DNA of 64,000 nucleotides from Gemmatimonadales bacterium (GCA_033764505.1 JANRIW010000027.1:7831-71830); one strand, 5' to 3'; positions 1 to 9,545 are shown, counted from the stretch's first letter. The notes: generated by a model from the sequence alone, not told the origin. Made by a program: numbers and translations.

Positions 1-2506
1 GGCGGCTCACCTGAGCGAGAAGCCCGCGGCGGTCGAATCGCGCCGGCCCGACTGTCCGCCAGCGCTGGCGCTGCTGGTCGCTCGCCTGCTGGAGAAGGAT
101 CCCGCCGATCGACTGGCGAGCGCCGCCGAGGTGGTGCAGGGGCTGAGCGGAGTCGGTACCTCGTCGTCGGAAGCCGACGCGCTCTCGCCCAGTGGCCGGA
201 TGATCGGGGCACTGGTGGGGTGGAGCGTGGCGACGCTGGTCGTCTGGATCGTGGCGAAAGCCGCGGTGGTCGGGATCGGGTTGCCGGAATGGACCGTGCG
301 CGGCGCCGTGGGGGTGATGCTCCTGGGGCTGCCGGTCCTGGTGGTCACCGGTTGGGTCAAGTGGATGGCACGCAAGGCGGCCACCGCAGCACCGACACTC
401 ACCCCCGGTGGGACGAACGTGCCGCGGCCGCTGTCGGGCACCATGACGAACATCGCGATCAAGGCCAATCGGCACCTCTCGTTCCGCAAGGCGCGCCGCG
501 CTGGTGTTGCCGCGATGGTGGTGTTCGTCGCACTGGTGGCGACCTTCATGATCACCCGCAACCTCGGCATCGGTCCGGCGGCGTCGCTGTTCGCCAGCGG
601 GTCGCTCAGCTCGCAGGACCGGCTCGTTCTGGCTGATTTTGCCGCCGATGACTCGAGCTACGTCCCGATCCTGGCCGAGGCGGTGCGATCGGCGATGTCG
701 CAGTCGAACGCGATCAAGCTGGTCACCCCGACCGACGTGGCGGTGACGTTGGTACAGATGCGTCGGCCCGCCACCACTGCGGTTACTGATCTCGTCGCTG
801 CCGAAGTAGCACAGCGAAGTGGGGCGAAGGCGATTCTCGGCGGCAGAATGGTGTCGGCCGGCACCGGTTTTCTGATCCAACTCGAGCTCAGGAATGCCAG
901 CGACGGGGCAATGCTGGCCTCGTTCCAAGGTACCGCCGATGCGCCGACCGACCTCCTCAAGACGGTCGATGAGCTGACCCGCAAGCTGCGCAGCAAGATC
1001 GGCGAATCGCTGAAGAGCGTGGCCAACACGGTACCGCTCGAACGAGCAACCACCACCTCGCTCGAGGCGCTGCGGCTCTACAGCGAGTCTGTTCGGGCCA
1101 ACGATATCGAGCAGGACTACGACAAGGGGATCCGCCTCAATCGCCAGGCATTGGCACTCGACTCGACGTTCGCCCTGGCCTGGCGCAAGCTGGGGATAAC
1201 CATCTCCAACGCCGGCGGATCATTGGCCGCTGTCGATTCGGCATTGGAGATGGCGCTGCGCTATGTCGACAAGTTGCCGCCGTTCGAGCAGGCATTGGTG
1301 CGCGCCTCCTACCACGACATCCACCAGACCGGCTGGGACCGGGCCGCCGCGTTCCGGGAATACCGCGAGGCGTACCGACTCGACTCAACCAACGCCGTGG
1401 TGGCCAACAATCTGTCCCTGAACTTTGACCAGGCCGGCCAGTACGACTCGGCTGTCCACTACAGCCGGGTCCTGGCTCGCGTGCAACCCGGATTGGTCTC
1501 GACGCTGAAGCTGGCGGTCGGCCTGCGTCAGGCAGGGCAGAGGGAAGCAGCCCGAGCTCTGGTCGATTCGGTTCGTGGCGCGTTGGGCGCCGATACAACC
1601 TCGGCGATCTTCGCCACCTTCGAGGCACTCAAATCGATCGCCGGCGGCGAGCTCCGTCGAGCGAGAGAGTTGAACAGTGGACTGCAATCAGCCGTCGGCC
1701 TCTCGGACCGAATAGCCGGACTCGGTGGCGGGGCCATCACGGCTTTTACCGCCGGCCAGCCGACGGAGGCGGCCCGGTTGCTGGCCCGGGGCGACTCGCT
1801 GCTCGGTACGCTCGACTACACCGCGGTGATCCCCGGTCTCGGGACAGCGACTGCGGAGATTCTCTACGGCGCCGATCCGGCCGGAGGGGTGGCGCGTCTC
1901 GACCGGGTGGTGTCGGGCGAGGCATGGCGGCGTGCCGCGTCGGCCGATCGGCCGTGGTTCGATGTCGCCACCCTCTATGCGAGGGGCGGTGCCCCCGACA
2001 AGGCGACCGGCATTCTGGCCGCCTTCCGTCGCGAGTGGCCCCAGGCGGCCGCCAGCGAGGCGATGGTCTCCCGCATTGCGATGGTCGAGGGCGAGATTGC
2101 CATGGCACGAGGCAACGCCGCCGCCGCGGTGGACAAGTTCCGGATCGCGACGACCCGCATTGACCAGAATCGAACCCTCTGCCCGGCATGTGCCCTCGAG
2201 GCGATGGCGCGCGCGTTCGACGCGGCGCGCCTGCCCGACTCGGCGCTGAGCTACCTCGAGCGCTACCTGGCGATTCCGGTCGAGGCCCGGATGTCGAACT
2301 ACACGAACTGGGAGACCGACGCCACTCGATTGGCGGCGGTCCGCAAGCGCCTCGGCGAGCTGTATGACGCGGCAGGCGAACGCACCAAGGCGATCGAACA
2401 ATACCAGGCGTTCGTGGACCAGTGGGCAGGCGCCGAGCCGGAGTTGCAACCGACGGTGGCCAGCGTGCGGAAGCGCATCGAGGAGCTGCGGCGGCAGGGA
2501 GGGTAG
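1..2506 (+). CDS. Ser/Thr protein kinase with TM segments and TolB-N/TPR-like C-terminal region (5'-truncated by window edge)
   Basis: Frame is open from base 2 and reads AAHLSEKP...LVARLLEKDPADRLASAAEV (kinase subdomain XI), then TM helices and TPR-like repeats (ALALDSTFALAW). Confidence 0.85.
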   Translation, partial: AAHLSEKPAAVESRRPDCPPALALLVARLLEKDPADRLASAAEVVQGLSGVGTSSSEADALSPSGRMIGALVGWSVATLVVWIVAKAAVVGIGLPEWTVRGAVGVMLLGLPVLVVTGWVKWMARKAATAAPTLTPGGTNVPRPLSGTMTNIAIKANRHLSFRKARRAGVAAMVVFVALVATFMITRNLGIGPAASLFASGSLSSQDRLVLADFAADDSSYVPILAEAVRSAMSQSNAIKLVTPTDVAVTLVQMRRPATTAVTDLVAAEVAQRSGAKAILGGRMVSAGTGFLIQLELRNASDGAMLASFQGTADAPTDLLKTVDELTRKLRSKIGESLKSVANTVPLERATTTSLEALRLYSESVRANDIEQDYDKGIRLNRQALALDSTFALAWRKLGITISNAGGSLAAVDSALEMALRYVDKLPPFEQALVRASYHDIHQTGWDRAAAFREYREAYRLDSTNAVVANNLSLNFDQAGQYDSAVHYSRVLARVQPGLVSTLKLAVGLRQAGQREAARALVDSVRGALGADTTSAIFATFEALKSIAGGELRRARELNSGLQSAVGLSDRIAGLGGGAITAFTAGQPTEAARLLARGDSLLGTLDYTAVIPGLGTATAEILYGADPAGGVARLDRVVSGEAWRRAASADRPWFDVATLYARGGAPDKATGILAAFRREWPQAAASEAMVSRIAMVEGEIAMARGNAAAAVDKFRIATTRIDQNRTLCPACALEAMARAFDAARLPDSALSYLERYLAIPVEARMSNYTNWETDATRLAAVRKRLGELYDAAGERTKAIEQYQAFVDQWAGAEPELQPTVASVRKRIEELRRQGG

Positions 2507-2508
2507 GG

Positions 2509-2577
2509 GCGCGGCCTGCGGCCGCGCATCCTGCCCTTTCACTTTTCACCTTTCACGACCCCCCCGTTCGCCCGTTC
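2509..2577. repeat. GC hairpin plus (CTTTCAC)x3 array; left inverted repeat of the DUF2779 gene
   Basis: GCGCGGCC-tgc-GGCCGCGC at 2509-2527, then ccCTTTCAC TTTTCAC CTTTCAC at 2534-2556. Confidence 0.85.
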
Positions 2578-2599
2578 TCCCCCACACTACCTTCCCCTC

Positions 2600-4453
2600 A
2601 TGAAGACCCTCTCCAAGTCCGACTTCAAGCTGGCCCGCGACTGCCCGGCCAAGCTCACCTGGCGAGAGCGCGGCTATCCCAACACCCTCGATGACAATCC
2701 CTACCTCGCCCTCCTGGCCGAGGGGGGATACATGGTCGAGCAGTTGGCGCGGCTCCTCTTTCCGGGCGGCGTGGAGCTGGAGTATGACCCGCGTCGCTCC
2801 CGGGACGCATGGGAGACGACTCTCGCCGCGATCAGCAGCGGCGACGGCACCTGGTTCGAGGCCACCCTGCTCGCGGGACGCCAGCTCGCCCGGGTGGACA
2901 TTCTCAAGCGACGCGGCAATCGCTTCGACCTGTATGAGGTCAAGTCGAAGTCGTTCGACGGCGATGATCTCGATGAAGGTCCCGGTGGTCCGTTCCGCCA
3001 GAAGCGGAAGCCGTACGCTATCCGCGTCACTTGGCGGCCGTACCTCGAAGACATCACCTACCAGGTACATGTGCTGCACCGCCTCTTTCCCGAGGCCGAG
3101 GTGCATGCCCACCTGATTGTGGTGGACAAGTCATCCACGGCGAGCGTCGAGGCGATGCCGCGGCTGTTCACCATCCGGCGCGGACGGAATCCGGGGGAGC
3201 CCGATCTCGATGTCCGCTTCACCGGCGATCCGGCGGCGATCGATCCCGGCGAACTGCTCGGCGTGATTGCAGTGGACGCCGAGGTGGACGAATTGTTCGA
3301 CGAAGTGCGCGCCTTTGCAGATGCCCAGGAGTCGCGATACACCGATTCGGCAATAGCCCATCAACCGGCGCCGCTCGGGCTGCACTGCGCCAAGTGCGAG
3401 TACCGGGTCGCCACCGACGAGCCGCTGAACGGCTTCCGCGAATGCTGGGGTTCGCTCGCTCCCGATGGTCCGTCGGTGCTCGATCTCTACATGTTCGGTC
3501 TCACCAAGCACGACGGCGAGAAGCTCGGCGACGTGATGATCGCCAACGGGCGCACTGGGCTCGACGAGGTTGATCCCGCCCGGCTGGTCAAGAAGGACGG
3601 CACTCCGACCTCCTACTCGACCCGGCAACTGATTCAGATCGAACACACTCGGCGCCGCGAGAGCTGGCTCGATCCCGCTCTGGCAACTGCGATTGCCAAC
3701 GTGAGCTACCCGCTCCACTTCATCGACTTCGAGACCAGTGCGCTGGCAGTTCCCTATCACCAGGGGATGCGACCCTATCAGTCGATCGGCTTCCAGTGGA
3801 GCTGTCACACCATCCGCGCGCCGGGCGCGGTGCCGGAACATCGCGAATGGCTCAATGTCGTCGATCTCTGGCCGGCCGTGGAGTTCATCGACTCGCTGCG
3901 CCGCGCAATCGGCGACGACGGCACGGTGCTGATCTGGTCCAAGTACGAGCGGACCATCCTGCGGCAGCAACGCGAGCAGCTCGAGGCGCGTGGCTTGGCG
4001 ACACCAGAGCTGATGCAATGGCTGGAACCGCTGGCCGACAAGGATTATCCCGACACCCGGCTCCTCGACCAGCACAAGCTCTGCGAGCGACACTACTTCC
4101 ACCCGGAGATGCATGGCAAGACCAGCATCAAATGGGTGCTCGACGCCATCTGGCAGAACGACCCCGAGGTCCGGCGGCAGTTCGCGGAGTGGATGGGCGG
4201 CGATGCCTATGACGTGGCAGCGGGGCTGGGCCCCTACGACGCGATGCCCAGAGTGGTGGTCGGCGACACGGTGCTCAACGTGGCCGACGGCACCGGGGCG
4301 ATGCGCGCCTACCAGGCGATGCTCTACGGTGATCCCATAGACCGGGACCGGCACGCCGAGCAGTGGGCCGAGCTGCTCCGGCGCTACTGCAAGCTGGACA
4401 CGCTGGCGATGGTGCTGATATGGGAGCATTGGCGGCGAGGGACGGCGCGGTGA
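2600..4453 (+). CDS. DUF2779-family protein: Cas4/PD-(D/E)xK-like nuclease fused to RNase H-like/DnaQ exonuclease domain
   Basis: LSKSDF...DCPAK, RVDIL, YEVKS, HCAKCEY...ECW; C-terminal YPLHFIDFET, RPYQSIGFQWSCH, YCKLDTLAM. Confidence 0.85.
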   Translation: MKTLSKSDFKLARDCPAKLTWRERGYPNTLDDNPYLALLAEGGYMVEQLARLLFPGGVELEYDPRRSRDAWETTLAAISSGDGTWFEATLLAGRQLARVDILKRRGNRFDLYEVKSKSFDGDDLDEGPGGPFRQKRKPYAIRVTWRPYLEDITYQVHVLHRLFPEAEVHAHLIVVDKSSTASVEAMPRLFTIRRGRNPGEPDLDVRFTGDPAAIDPGELLGVIAVDAEVDELFDEVRAFADAQESRYTDSAIAHQPAPLGLHCAKCEYRVATDEPLNGFRECWGSLAPDGPSVLDLYMFGLTKHDGEKLGDVMIANGRTGLDEVDPARLVKKDGTPTSYSTRQLIQIEHTRRRESWLDPALATAIANVSYPLHFIDFETSALAVPYHQGMRPYQSIGFQWSCHTIRAPGAVPEHREWLNVVDLWPAVEFIDSLRRAIGDDGTVLIWSKYERTILRQQREQLEARGLATPELMQWLEPLADKDYPDTRLLDQHKLCERHYFHPEMHGKTSIKWVLDAIWQNDPEVRRQFAEWMGGDAYDVAAGLGPYDAMPRVVVGDTVLNVADGTGAMRAYQAMLYGDPIDRDRHAEQWAELLRRYCKLDTLAMVLIWEHWRRGTAR

Positions 4454-4527
4454 AAGGTGAAAGGTGAAAGGGGGGCGCGGCAGGGCCGCGCGGGTGAACG
4501 GTGAACGGTGAACGGTGAAACGGGGGG
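4450..4527. repeat. (GTGAAAG)x3, GC hairpin, (GTGAACG)x3 and GTGAAAC; right inverted repeat of the DUF2779 gene
   Basis: Read directly; first unit contains the TGA stop; GCGCGGC-agg-GCCGCGC at 4475-4491. Confidence 0.9.
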
Positions 4528-4659
4528 CGGGGAGCTGCGGCCTTGGGTGCCAGGCTGCGTCAGGTGGTACCGTTCCGATTGTACCTCCCTTGCCATTGTT
4601 GGCGGGATCCCGGTTGTGGGGGAGCTGTCGACAAACCCATCTGATAGGTTATGCTTCAA

Positions 4660-4926
4660 GTGCCAGTGGTCTTCCGGCAAGGCAATGTGGTGGTGCGGAT
4701 CTACCCGCCACCTCGTGAACACCATCCGCCCCATGTGCACGTCTGCTTTGTCGGGATTGGCGAGGTGGTGATTGAGCTTGGTACGGCTGTTGCCGGCCCG
4801 CGCATTCATCGGGACTACGGCGTGCCTGCTCGCATGGTCCTGGCGGCGTACCACATCGTCGCGGATCACCAAGAGCTGTTCCAGCATGAATGGGAGAAGT
4901 TGCATGGCACTCCACCGACTGACTGA
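4660..4926 (+). CDS. DUF4160 family putative toxin
   Basis: IYPPPREHHPPHVHV motif and C-terminal WEKLHG; GTG at 4660 (MPVVFR) preferred, ATG at 4651 possible. Confidence 0.8.
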   Translation: MPVVFRQGNVVVRIYPPPREHHPPHVHVCFVGIGEVVIELGTAVAGPRIHRDYGVPARMVLAAYHIVADHQELFQHEWEKLHGTPPTD

Positions 4927-5332
4927 CGCCGAGATACTGGCACAGCTTCCGGCCGCTCGCCAACGCGCGAGCGATGCCCGTCGTCGCGAGCCACATGGTC
5001 GAGCGGTACGCTACGCGCGCTCTCGGAGGCAATTGGTGATCACTCTGATCAACGATGTCGAATTGCGGATTCCGATCGCCCGACTGCCCGTGCTGAAGGG
5101 AGCGACTGAGGCACAGCTCGCTCGTGTCGAATTGAGCCCGGCAGGCGTTGGCGTAGCGTGGGATGAGCTGAACGTGGACTTCACCGTGGCCCAGTTGGCG
5201 ACGATCGCCGTGGGTCCAGCGACCGTCGTCCGGGCAGCAACATCGCTCGCTGGTGCCACGCGCTCACCCGCCAAGGCCGCCGCCGCGCGCCGCAATGGCT
5301 TGAAGGGCGGACGGCCGAGGACTACCCCATGA
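4904..5332 (+). CDS. DUF2442 family putative antitoxin
   Basis: VELSPAGVGVAWDELNVDF and RSPAKAAAARRNGLKGGRPR tail; overlaps DUF4160 gene. Confidence 0.8.
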   Translation: MALHRLTDAEILAQLPAARQRASDARRREPHGRAVRYARSRRQLVITLINDVELRIPIARLPVLKGATEAQLARVELSPAGVGVAWDELNVDFTVAQLATIAVGPATVVRAATSLAGATRSPAKAAAARRNGLKGGRPRTTP

Positions 5333-6540
5333 CCACTCGCCTCGCGTGCTTCGCCTCACTGCTCGTTGCCTGTGCCCCGGTGGCCGACGAGGCCGCCGCA
5401 CCCGACCGCCACATATATGTATGGGCCGGGGCGATGGACAGCAGCGTGAACGACGCCCTCATCGTCATCGATGTCGATACCTCCTCCGCCACATACGGTC
5501 AGGTAGTCGGGCAGGTGGATGTCGGCGCGAGTGGCACGATGCCGCACCACATCCAGCGCAGAGTCAGTTCCGACGGACGCCTGATCGCCAACGGATGGAT
5601 GTCGGGGAAGAATTGGATCTTCGACGTCAGCAACCCGCGAGCGCCCACGATCCTGGCCGACCTTGCCACGGCGGGCGATTCGATCGGGTGGGCACACGAC
5701 TTCGCCCCGATGCCGAACGGCCACACGCTGGTCGCCTTCAACGCCAGTGCGGGAGAGTATGCTGGCGCGGGCGGACTCGCGGAGGTGGATGCCGACGGCA
5801 CCGTGGTGCAATGGGCAATGGCCCGAAGCGACGCAGCCGGCGACACTGCGATGACTCCCTACACCGTGGCGATGGTACCGGGTCGGGATCGCGCTCTGGT
5901 CGGGCTCGGCGAGATGGGAATGGGCAAGGACTATCCCTATCACTACACCAGTGCGCTGCAGCTCTGGTCAACGGCCCCCCTCGCACCACTGGAGCTGATT
6001 CCGCTGCCAGCCAATGGCGCCGACAGTGGCCATGTCGCCGCATCGACCGTGGCCGCCACTGCCAACGGAGAGTTGTTCGCAAACACCTTCTACTGCGGAC
6101 TCTATCATGTGACCGGGCTGATCGGCGAAGCGCCGAGTGCCACGCGGGTGTTTTCCTTTCCGGGTGGCACCGATGACGACACGCTGTGCGGAGTGGCGAC
6201 CACGGTCGGCAATTACTGGATCCAGGCGGTGGCGGCACTGCCGGGGATCATGGTGGTGGATTTGAGCGATCCGACGGCGCCACGCGAGGCGGCGCGCTTG
6301 GTACTCGATGGCAGTCGCTTTCCGAATCCGCATTGGGTGTCCGTCAACAGCGACGGCACCCGGCTCGCCATCACCGGAAACATGGGGCTGTGGCTGGCGA
6401 TGGCCCGACTCGACCCAGAAACCGGCACGCTCACTCTAGATCAAAGCTTCAAGGGGGCGGAGGCGAGCAGCGCCGGGATGATGGTTCGCAACCGCGATGG
6501 GAAGATGATGTATCCGCACGGGGTGGCCTGGGGGCCGTGA
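5329..6540 (+). CDS. Selenium-binding protein (SBP56)-like beta-propeller lipoprotein
   Basis: Lipobox LLVAC; YVWAG...DALIVIDVD...YGQVV...MPHH; C-terminal PHG. Confidence 0.65.
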   Translation: MTTRLACFASLLVACAPVADEAAAPDRHIYVWAGAMDSSVNDALIVIDVDTSSATYGQVVGQVDVGASGTMPHHIQRRVSSDGRLIANGWMSGKNWIFDVSNPRAPTILADLATAGDSIGWAHDFAPMPNGHTLVAFNASAGEYAGAGGLAEVDADGTVVQWAMARSDAAGDTAMTPYTVAMVPGRDRALVGLGEMGMGKDYPYHYTSALQLWSTAPLAPLELIPLPANGADSGHVAASTVAATANGELFANTFYCGLYHVTGLIGEAPSATRVFSFPGGTDDDTLCGVATTVGNYWIQAVAALPGIMVVDLSDPTAPREAARLVLDGSRFPNPHWVSVNSDGTRLAITGNMGLWLAMARLDPETGTLTLDQSFKGAEASSAGMMVRNRDGKMMYPHGVAWGP

Positions 6541-6601
6541 CACTAATCCAGGGGCGGAAGAGCGGGAACCGTTTCCCGCCCCCAGGACTACTATTCTGGT
6601 G

Positions 6602-7015
6602 ATGACTCACCCCATCCTGCTCTACGACGGCACCTGCGGTTTCTGCGCGGCGAGCGTGCAGTTGGTGCTGCGCCACGACCGGACCGGGACGCTCCGCTTC
6701 GCATCGCTGCAGGGTCCCACCGGGCAGGCCGCCATTCTGAGACACCCGGAGCTGGCTGGCGCCGATTCGGTGGTCTGGGTGGAGCCGGCCACGGCCGACC
6801 ACCCGGAGCGGGTCTATCTCCGTTCGGCTGCGGCGCTCAGGACTTCCCGCTATCTCGGCGGTATTTGGCATCTGATGCGGATCGGCTGGCTGGTGCCAAG
6901 GCCGCTGCGGGATGCCATCTACGATTTTGTCGCCCGTCATCGCCACCGCATCCCGATCGGCGCCGATCGCTGCGACCTGCCAGCGCCAGAGGCCCGGGAG
7001 CGGTTCCTGGACTGA
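6602..7015 (+). CDS. DCC1-like thiol-disulfide oxidoreductase (DUF393)
   Basis: YDGTCGFC, FASLQ, RSAA, PRPLRDAIYDFVARHR. Confidence 0.9.
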   Translation: MTHPILLYDGTCGFCAASVQLVLRHDRTGTLRFASLQGPTGQAAILRHPELAGADSVVWVEPATADHPERVYLRSAAALRTSRYLGGIWHLMRIGWLVPRPLRDAIYDFVARHRHRIPIGADRCDLPAPEARERFLD

Positions 7016-7033
7016 TGGGTGAGGGGTGAAGGG

Positions 7034-7111
7034 CCTGCCCCGCCCCGCGAAGCGGCGGCGGGGTGAACGGGGCCGCCGCTTCCCCGCCGCCGCTTCGCGG
7101 GGCGGGGCAGG
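7034..7111. repeat. Perfect 30-bp inverted repeat (REP-doublet-like) flanked by GTGARRG-type heptamers
   Basis: 7034-7063 CCTGCCCCGCCCCGCGAAGCGGCGGCGGGG is the exact reverse complement of 7082-7111. Confidence 0.9.
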
Positions 7112-7167
7112 TGCGGCGGCGGGGTGAAAGGTGAAACGGGTCGTAGTTGTGGCGTGCTTCCCTTTCT

Positions 7168-7186
7168 TTAATTGATCGTTTAATCT
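7168..7186 (+). promoter_or_regulatory. Putative TetR operator overlapping a -10 box
   Basis: AT-rich imperfect palindrome TTAATTGATCGTTTAA; TAATCT lies 6 nt before the ATG. Confidence 0.55.
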
Positions 7187-7192
7187 ACTACG

Positions 7193-7822
7193 ATGAATGA
7201 CACCTCTACCCGCGACGACATTCTCGCAGCCGCTACCGATCTCTTTGCCCGACAAGGAGTTGAGGCCACCAGCATCAAGGCCATCGGAGCCGCCGCCAAG
7301 GTCAACCCGGCACTGATCTACTACTACTTCGCCGACAAGGCCACCCTCTACGACGCGGTGCTCGACCGAATGGTCCGGGCGTTGCCCGGCCGACTGGCCG
7401 ACGCGCTGGAAAAGGTCGAGTCGCCCTCCGAAGGGCTGGCCTTGGTGGTGCGGCTTCAGGCGGAGGCGTTCCTGGCGGAGCCGTTGTTGCCGAGGTTGCT
7501 GGCGCGGGAATTGGCCGACCACGAGGCGAGTCATGCCACCCAGCTGCTGCGGGAGCACGCCGCACGGTTGATCGGTGCCATGATAAGGCTGATCACAGCC
7601 GGCCAGGCGAGCGGCGAGATCCGGAGCGACCTCGACCCCACCATGTTGGCCATCTCGATTCTGTCGCAGGTCAACTGGTTCTGCATCGCCGCGCCGGCAA
7701 TTCAAACCATCCTGTCGCGTCCCGGCGTCAGTCATGCTCCGGAGGCGGTGCGTGCCTTTGCCGACCATGTGGTCGCCTTCTCGATAAACGGATTCACGCC
7801 GACGCGGGGGGGGGATAAATGA
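7193..7822 (+). CDS. TetR/AcrR family regulator
   Basis: N-terminal HTH ILAAATDLFARQG...LIYYYFADKATL. Confidence 0.95.
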   Translation: MNDTSTRDDILAAATDLFARQGVEATSIKAIGAAAKVNPALIYYYFADKATLYDAVLDRMVRALPGRLADALEKVESPSEGLALVVRLQAEAFLAEPLLPRLLARELADHEASHATQLLREHAARLIGAMIRLITAGQASGEIRSDLDPTMLAISILSQVNWFCIAAPAIQTILSRPGVSHAPEAVRAFADHVVAFSINGFTPTRGGDK

Positions 7823-8802
7823 GGCAATGGATGCGCACATTCGGCGCGACCTTGACGGTGCTGGCAATGATCGGCTGCAACAACACCGATGACAACGTAC
7901 TGCGTGGCACGGTCGAGGTACGGGAGGTCGATGTAGCGCCCTTCTCAGTCGGTCGAGTGACCTCCGTGACAGTCGACGAGGGCGCCACCGTGCACCGCGG
8001 TGACACGTTGGCCGTGATCACCGCACCGAGGCTGGCGGCGAATCTCGATCTGGCAGAGGCCCGCCTGGCAACGGCGCGGGCGGTGCTCCGGGACCTCGAG
8101 GCAGGGAGCGATCCAGAGCAGATCGAGATGGCCATGGCCGACCTCGTGGCGTTGGAGGCGGAAGCAGCCCGCCTCACTCGGGATCGCGACCGGGTCGATG
8201 GCTTGCTCTCCTCGGGCGCAGTATCGGTGCAGGCGCGCGATGCCGCTCAGACCGCGGCAGCGGCGGCTCAGGCGCGGGTGGAGTCCGGCAGGGCGCGATT
8301 GGCATTGATGCGTGCCGGCACCCGGGCCGATCAATTGGCGGCGGCGCGCGCGGAGGTGAGGCAGGGGGAAGCGGCGTTGGCCTCAGAGCGGGCCAGCAAT
8401 GCCGACTATGTCCTGCTCGCCCCGATCGACGGGGTGGTGCTCACCCGTCTGCTGGAGCCGGGGGATCTGGTCTCGCCGGCCGGCGCCGTGGTGCGTCTCG
8501 GAGACGTGACCGCGCCGTGGGTGCGGGTGTTCGTTCCCGCGCGAATGCTGCCGGGGATCACCGTCGGAGATACGGCAGCCATCATCCCGCCCGGAGTGAA
8601 GGAAGGCGAGGGCGATCAGATCATCGGGCGGATCGTGGCGATCAATCCACGCGCCGAATTCGTGACTCGCGCGGCGCTCACCGAGGAGGAGCGAGCGGAC
8701 CTGCTGTTCGGGGTCAAGGTCGAGATTGCCGATACCACCCAGCGGCTCAAGCCGGGGATGCCGGCGACGGTGCGGCTTTTCCCACGCGTCGCGACGCCAT
8801 GA
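7819..8802 (+). CDS. HlyD-family periplasmic adaptor
   Basis: Lipobox, VDEGATVHRGD, APIDGVV, LKPGMPA. Confidence 0.9.
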   Translation: MRQWMRTFGATLTVLAMIGCNNTDDNVLRGTVEVREVDVAPFSVGRVTSVTVDEGATVHRGDTLAVITAPRLAANLDLAEARLATARAVLRDLEAGSDPEQIEMAMADLVALEAEAARLTRDRDRVDGLLSSGAVSVQARDAAQTAAAAAQARVESGRARLALMRAGTRADQLAAARAEVRQGEAALASERASNADYVLLAPIDGVVLTRLLEPGDLVSPAGAVVRLGDVTAPWVRVFVPARMLPGITVGDTAAIIPPGVKEGEGDQIIGRIVAINPRAEFVTRAALTEEERADLLFGVKVEIADTTQRLKPGMPATVRLFPRVATP

Positions 8803-9545
8803 CGGCAGCGATATCGGCTCGCGCTTTGCGAAAGACGTTCGGCGACCTGGTGGCAGTCGAGGGTCTCGACCTCGACGTCGAGCGCGGGGAAGTCTTCGGC
8901 CTGCTGGGTCCCAATGGCAGCGGCAAGACCACCACGATCCGGATGTTCTGCGGGCTGATGCCGCCGACCTCGGGGACAGCGCTGGTGGCGGGAGTCGATG
9001 CGGTGGCCGACCCCGAAGGAGTTCGCCGACGGATAGGCTACATGTCGCAACGATTCGGGTTGTACGATGACCTGACTGTGCGCGAAAACTTCACCTTCTA
9101 CGCCGGACTCTACGGGCTCAACGGTGCCGCCCGGAAGAGACGTGAAGCGGAGTTGTTCGCGAGTCTGGGGCTTGATGCGCGCCGCAGTCAGCTCACAGGG
9201 ACACTCTCTGGTGGCTGGAAGCAGAAACTCGCCCTGGCCTGCGCCATGGCGCACCGGCCTGATCTGATCTTCCTCGATGAACCGACCGCCGGTGTCGATC
9301 CGGCAGCGCGCCGACAGTTCTGGACGATGATCCGCGGCTACGCGGCCGAGGGGGTGACGATCCTGGTCACCACGCACTACATGGACGAGGCGGCTCGGTG
9401 TGATCGGCTCGCCTTCCTCTCCCGCGGGCATCTGATCGGACTGGGCACCCCCGAGGAAGTGACGGCCCAGTTCGGACAGAAAACAGTGGAGGATGTCTTC
9501 GTCGCCCTGCAGGCCCGCGACGAGGCGGAGGGAGCACCGGAGTGA
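8799..9545 (+). CDS. ABC transporter ATP-binding protein
   Basis: GPNGSGKTT, LSGG, LDEPTAGVD, TTHYMDEA; ATGA overlap start. Confidence 0.95.
   Translation: MTAAISARALRKTFGDLVAVEGLDLDVERGEVFGLLGPNGSGKTTTIRMFCGLMPPTSGTALVAGVDAVADPEGVRRRIGYMSQRFGLYDDLTVRENFTFYAGLYGLNGAARKRREAELFASLGLDARRSQLTGTLSGGWKQKLALACAMAHRPDLIFLDEPTAGVDPAARRQFWTMIRGYAAEGVTILVTTHYMDEAARCDRLAFLSRGHLIGLGTPEEVTAQFGQKTVEDVFVALQARDEAEGAPE

Noticed and set aside
2482-4541. 11-nt direct repeat GGAGCTGCGGC (2482-2492, 4531-4541) as a target-site duplication
   Set aside because: It does not abut the inverted repeats symmetrically, one copy is inside a coding region, and such a GC-rich match can occur by chance.
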